The notes under the pieces were generated by a model. That model searched no databases. It saw only the letters and a program-made list of their open reading frames with translations, and was not told where the DNA came from. A program made the translations under genes and the position numbers. From Lingula anatina (Eukaryota > Animalia > Brachiopoda): 64,000 bases of DNA. The stretch is from assembly GCA_051362555.1 (NCBI GenBank), contig CM120641.1:26294401-26358400 (forward strand), read 5' to 3'. Below are positions 58,178 to 64,000 of this stretch, piece by piece. The first letter of the stretch is position 1. Each line of letters opens with the position of its first letter.

Positions 58178-61100
58178 ATGGGAGCCACGGAGTCGGTCCT
58201 AAATGACCGGTCACCGCCATGGTCCGTTCATGGTCAAACGACCAAATCCCGAAATGTCAGGAATGTCATAATGTCAGCCCCTGGATCTCACCCTCTGAGA
58301 GGGAGAACCAACATTGCTGCTTTCCGCGACGTCAACCGGCTACACATCGCGAGCGGCCGTCGGTCACAAGATGATCGCGACAGTGAGGCCTTTCAGTCGG
58401 CGTCACCCTACGGCCCTTTGGAATTTAAACATCAGAAACATGGGGTTAGCTCGGAGCCTGTAACAAAAGAATTTGACCAGGAAATTCAGCGGATTTCTAA
58501 TTTAGTGAATGTTCTTGAAAGCCTTGAGAAGAACCTTCCCACTTGTGAGCCGCCGTGTCCTCCAAGCGAAAATCGGGAAGCTGTCGTGCCCGGTGTGTTA
58601 TTGTCTTTTAACCGGGCAATCCCTGCTGAAGAGGTTCTACCGAAGAAAAGTGTGCGTTTTGTACGTATATTTATTCATTTTTTTTTTCATAAATAAACAC
58701 AGCGAATGATAAGTACATAAATTCAATTGCAAAAGCGACAATTAATAACCGACGTTTATAGACCCTGTATAGGACCTACATTATCATAGTGTATTGATTA
58801 ATGTATAAAAGTAATTTATTTTAAAAGTTTATCCGGCAGTCGACTTCATTATCTTTTTTTTTCTTATCTCGTTTTAATAATGTGATAAGGAACCTGCACA
58901 TAGTTGTTAAGATATTCGATATACATCAACATGGTAAAAAAAAAAAGAATACCGCCACGTAGAACTGCTGCTACCGTAACCAATTCTCGAGCGATGGTTT
59001 CTGCGGGAGTCGGGAACTGAGTAGGAAATGAATGAGATCGCAGAACGTGGAAAGAAGCTCCATGTGTACTTCCGTGGACCCTTCTCGTGGTCGTAAACAC
59101 TTCAAATACACGCGATGTTGGCATCGGTCAACACAGGTGGATATACTTACGATAATTAAATTGTTCACCTGTTTACTGAACATGATTACCCTCTGGACAC
59201 CACCTTCCTATATCTCTCTTATTGTATTGGGGGATTACAATAGGCCTATATATATATATTTATAACTTATCGATGTAGGCAAGAACAGTAAAATCGCGAT
59301 TTTGATGTAAGATGCAGTTCAAAGGACTGGAATCATTTTCCTCTGATATTTATTAACTAAAAGACGGTGTTTTCAGGACGATTCACTGACCAAGATATTA
59401 AAGAAAGCCAAGAAAGAGAGAAAAAAAAACAAGAAAAAAGTATCATGGTATCAAAGAAATGATTGAAATTATTTAAAAAAAAAAAAAAAAAAACGTTGTG
59501 CCCTCCAAATGAAAGTCGGGAAGCTATCGTTCGTTCAGTTAATGTATTGCGAGTTGCGACGTTACAATAGAGAGTATAGGCCCCGAAAGGAAGCGCGTGT
59601 TGTAAATTTATACGTAATGGCTTTTTGTTTTATATGAATTTAAAAACTAAAAAAACTCAAATGTTGAGAGCTTGAGATAATTTTTACCTAATATTCATAT
59701 GAAACTGTATGGAAAGACTTTAGAAGGCTTGCGACAACAAGATTGAAGTATCGCAAGCTACTAAGCAATGGTTTTGGCGCATCTTGAGTGCGTCAATTAG
59801 ACCCCTAGGGGCTTTTCTTAGTGGTGAAAGATCGTCTGGGAGCGACAGCTATTTGCACAAAAATGTGAGTTATAAACGTCTATCTAAGATAGTGCATTAT
59901 CACTGGAAAATATTTACCGAAAAGGTAGCAAATTTGTAAAATATTTTCTCTTGTTCTAGGAACTTGGCGGCTGCAGGATGGCCAGTCGCCAGGCGACTTC
60001 TGCGACTTTTTCTCTGGAGCAGGGGGAAGTAGCCAGAGTAGAGCCAGTGTTACACGTGAGGGGCCACAGAGCGAAGTTAGACGGACAAATCGAAGTCAGT
60101 AGAGTGCCGACGCAAGTACGTATCTTATTTGGTTGCTTGTTGTCTTTTAAACATCCTTTTGAACGATTCTTATTATTTGATTGGAAGTTTTCAGAAGAAT
60201 GAGTTTATATTATACAGAGAATCAAAACTGAAGTGAAGAAAGGAAAGAAAATGAAGTAAATAGATAATTATATAATGAATTAGTAAAAATAAATAATGAT
60301 AATAATTATTTTAATAAGTACTTAAACAACAGGTATATTACAATGGAACAAAACAGGCCTCCTGTAGCTCTCCACCGAATGGGTCAGTATATACAGGGTA
60401 TATATGTATATATACAACAACAGGGAGTTGGTGCATATGCTAGCTAGAAAAGCACTGAGACTGCATACCCCCACCAAGACAGTTAATTGATTTATTAATA
60501 AAGTGATGGATCACTGCCAAATTCTAATGGATTCTAAGTTGGCCTATTTTAGACCTATCCTGAAAATTTTTCAAAATCTCTCCGTGATTGAGTTACATCG
60601 TTTACTAGCAAGCAAACAAAGACCAAAATTAATATAACTCTTTAGGCACAGCTAGTATACATGTATACTTAGTAGTAGAAACCCAACTGTATATATAGTA
60701 TTATAAATAGTATTATAAAGTTATACACAGTAAAGATTCATAATAAGGAGCAATGATGTGTGTCTTGGGACAGGGCCATTGATTGCAATGTGCAATGATG
60801 GCTGTTGCTTGTTACAAGATGAAAGGATTTTACCAAAGCATGACATACATTTTTAGCACAGGCAGAGTGAGAGGAACACCACACAAAGCATAGCTTTAAT
60901 GTGAAAAGAAAAAAAAAGAGAAAAAAGAAGTGTTTGCTTTTTTAATGAGTTTATGTCAGAAGTTTGTAGAATTTCAGATTATAAACTGAAACTAATATTT
61001 TTGCGAAGATATACACATAGTATATAATAGAAATGCATTGACAATTGTCGATTAAAAAAATTTCCTTTGTTGAAATGCATGGTCCAATAATTTTTTTACC

Positions 61101-62702
61101 CTCATTCATATTGAATGCACTCACATAAATGCAAAATCTTATCCCCCTCTTTATATTTTTTAATTCTTTTTCATTTATTTTGTTTATTATTTTATGTGCA
61201 TTGCCCTGCAGTGGAAATGCTGACCTGAATTAGATCAAGCTGTTCTGACCAGGATACAGATTTCAATCTGAAGAGTGCTTCTGTGCTTTATTGGCATTGT
61301 CCAGTTCTAATGGGCTCTGTCACAAACACAATACTTTGAACCAGATTGCCCAAGCCATGAGACTTACATTCAAGAACAACCTAGACAAGAATAATAACAT
61401 TAATGTTCAGTATTGCCACCTTAAATTAGACCGTACCCTCTATCTTAGCCAGATATCTCATAAAACCTTGTTTTTTTTGTTGAGGATATAAAAACTGTGG
61501 TTAAAACTGATAGAGATCTGTCTGAGGATAACCCAAGTTTTGTCGTTTGAGATATTTCCTTTAAAGAATAACTGACTGGAAATGCTTGACATTTTAGAAA
61601 TTATTTTCTGCAGGGAAAATAACTGGTTTGTCTGTTTGTTTAATTTGAAATATTACATTTGACAGTTGTGGTATTAAGAAAGTCTGTGCAAAGAATCTTT
61701 AATTTTCACCAACATTTTTTTTTGTCTTATGAATATAAGTAAACTTTTTCTATGAAACCAGTTGTTTTAACATTTCAATTTGATCCTAACCATGAAATAA
61801 TTTACCAAAACTTGACAAACTATCTGTCTGTTAAGAAATTTAATGTACAGATTGACTCATGTAGCTATTTTGGTGGTGTTAAGATAGCACCAAGGTGAGT
61901 TGAACCTCAGAACAAGGAGATAATATGCCCAGGGTTTCCTCAGTCAGTTAATGGACCTTGTCCAATTTGGTAATCAAATTTGCAGCTGATTAAATCAGAG
62001 AAAACATTAATTAGCTGATGGTGTCTGGCTGTAAATAGCTAAACATGTCTTAAGTGAGTGATCTTATTGGATGACGCTTGAGGTTTATTTTCTATGACAT
62101 CACTTTGTTTTGAGATACTTCAGATGATCAGAAATAACAAATTGTTTGAAAATATTTATCGGAGCTAGGGTTAGACATAGCTGAGCTGCAGTTGTAAGTT
62201 TACCCAAGTGGCATACATGGTCTGGACATTTATCTTTAGATTTCACTCATCTCAGGGAAAGCATCTCTCATCAGATCATGGTAATCTTAAGTTTAGATAA
62301 AAACGTACATTTCTGTTTGATCATTGTGACAATTGATTTGCCTGGAACTGTAGTATTATGCCAAATGTTTGGTGCTGCTGTGTAATGTTTAAATATATTC
62401 ACCTGACACTGAGAAGACATTGAAAATTCAATTTCTCTGTGTTTTCTTTGCTGAATAAAATGCCCTTTAAAACAGTGTTTGATAGATAATTTCTTACATA
62501 ATTACAGACTGAAAATCTACAGAAGACGGTTGTAGCCAGAGTACCTTCCCCTTTGCCACAAAAATACAGTCGAGAAAGCCGTCCCAGACGAGGAGCAGGA
62601 AGGTGGTGCGAGCACTGTAATATCCGCCTGCTGGAGTTGAAAAGACAGGCAGTCAGAATTCTCATCCCAATACAGAAGTTAAGACATCTGTATGCACACA
62701 AG
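58178..62702 (+). CDS. KIF26: Kinesin-like protein KIF26A/B homologue, N-terminal exons (gene continues beyond window)
   Basis: Exon 62508-62702 (TTACAG|...AAG|GTATGA, 65 codons, absent from the ORF track) encodes RWCEHCNIRLLELKRQAVRILIP, matching KIF26B [22 protein letters not shown] as recalled. It joins in phase 0 to exon 59960-60115 (ELGGCRMASRQ...VPTQ) and exon 58178-58660 (MGATES...SVRF). The window ends on a pyrimidine tract plus CAG, probably the next acceptor. The motor domain is not in the window. Confidence 0.8.
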
Positions 62703-64000
62703 GTATGATTTGTTTGCATTTTGTTGAAAAAAAAAAGAAATGGAAAAAAAATACAGATTTGATTGCCATTATTTGTGTTTTTTCTTCTAGATAGTAGTAA
62801 CACTGTTAAGGACTCTTCAGCTCTATTGAATGAAGGGTTATGAAGTTTTCTTTTATTTCATCATTACTGAACAATGTTATTTTTGACCTATGTTTTTATA
62901 CACTGTTCAAGTTATCTTTATATGAGTTTTTAGGTCCACAGAAACTTTTTTATTTAGATGGGTAGACATTGATAAGATGCTGAGCATTCCAGGCAGCAGG
63001 TATTTAAACAGTTCATAGTCGATTAAAGCAGACCTGTAATGTTGATACACATAAGAAGATGAACTCTCCTTTCAGCAGACCTGTACAACTGTTTTTTAAT
63101 GTGGTCTTTTAACATTCATCCCAGCAGAGTCAATTACCTCTCTCTTTTTTAATCCGAAAACACATGGCTCACCAAGATATCTGTTGATTTTATCAGTACT
63201 GAAAAAGTGTCCGGGAAGTCTTGATTGAGGGAAGCAGAGGTGCTTTCTATAAACTTCCAGTTGGTTCATTCAGTTTGCAACCATTAGAATTTAATGTACA
63301 GGCTGCAACCTGAGATCTGTGATTGGGGTAAATTGCTACTATATAAGGTACTGCAAACCATCTCCTATCACTTGAATGTAATGGGTATCAGACTCCTGTT
63401 TACCAAGTTGAAATTTATGTAAAGGCCAAGAGACAATGAAGGCTGTTTTTCTTTTTCTTTCCATTAGTGTCACTAGCAGTGTGTAACATTAGTTCATGTG
63501 ATGAGGCGAAGGATGTGTATACAAATATTATGAGGGATGGACACCTTTTCCGTGTTGGCTACTGGCTGGCTCCTTGAGCTTACATGTACCAATGGTCAGT
63601 CTTAATGTGAAGGGTCCTCCACCTTGCCCCACCTATAAAACATACACTTTAGGTATTACCAAGTTTTCTCATAATTGGGCCCTCTGAATGAATATTATAA
63701 ACAGTTTGAAAGATGGAGTGTTGAAGCAAGTTAGTGGCTTAGAGACTAGTCTCCAGTTTGTACTATTTGTTTGTATTTAGATTAAAACAGTTCAACATGC
63801 TGCTTAAGTAGGATTACAGTAACTGAGAGTCAACAGTTAAAGGAGTGTTTACCTCTCAGGTGAAGAATGTGTTGGAATTCATTTTTGAAGTGAGAAATAA
63901 AGAATATTGATCCGTGGAGAAAAGGATTCTGCCTGCTCCAAATCATATAAATTACGGTGGGTATATTTATTTATAACCCTTAGTTTTCTTCGAAATCCAG

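Noticed and set aside
62399-62803. 134-aa minus-strand ORF
   Set aside because: Antisense shadow of the real KIF26 exon at 62508-62702.

Overview
AT-rich eukaryotic genomic DNA from an invertebrate animal, judged by the GT-AG introns, patchy CpG depletion and Helentron/MITE repeats; the taxon cannot be fixed from this window. Four protein-coding genes were reconstructed by hand: (1) a complete 9-exon ADP-ribosylarginine hydrolase (ADPRH/ARH1, + strand, 3060-9543, 360 aa); (2) a Giant/CES-2-type PAR-bZIP transcription factor with an intronless CDS (- strand, 25210-26133, 307 aa), lying in a ~29 kb CpG-rich gene desert strongly enriched for PAR/D-box binding motifs; (3) a 5-exon, 151-aa signal-peptide and KDEL protein made almost entirely of the 14-Cys C-terminal domain of HRC (+, 43702-52093); (4) the 5' exons of a KIF26 kinesin (+, from 58178, running off the window) with candidate alternative first exons. 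Repeats include a 3.7 kb composite non-autonomous Helentron (HINE/DINE-1-like) carrying a nested MITE, an ~820 bp internal duplication and a 10 x 146 bp array with 4-mer higher-order structure, plus several MITEs and tandem duplications. Most ORF-track entries are spurious. No rRNA, tRNA or CRISPR array was recognised.
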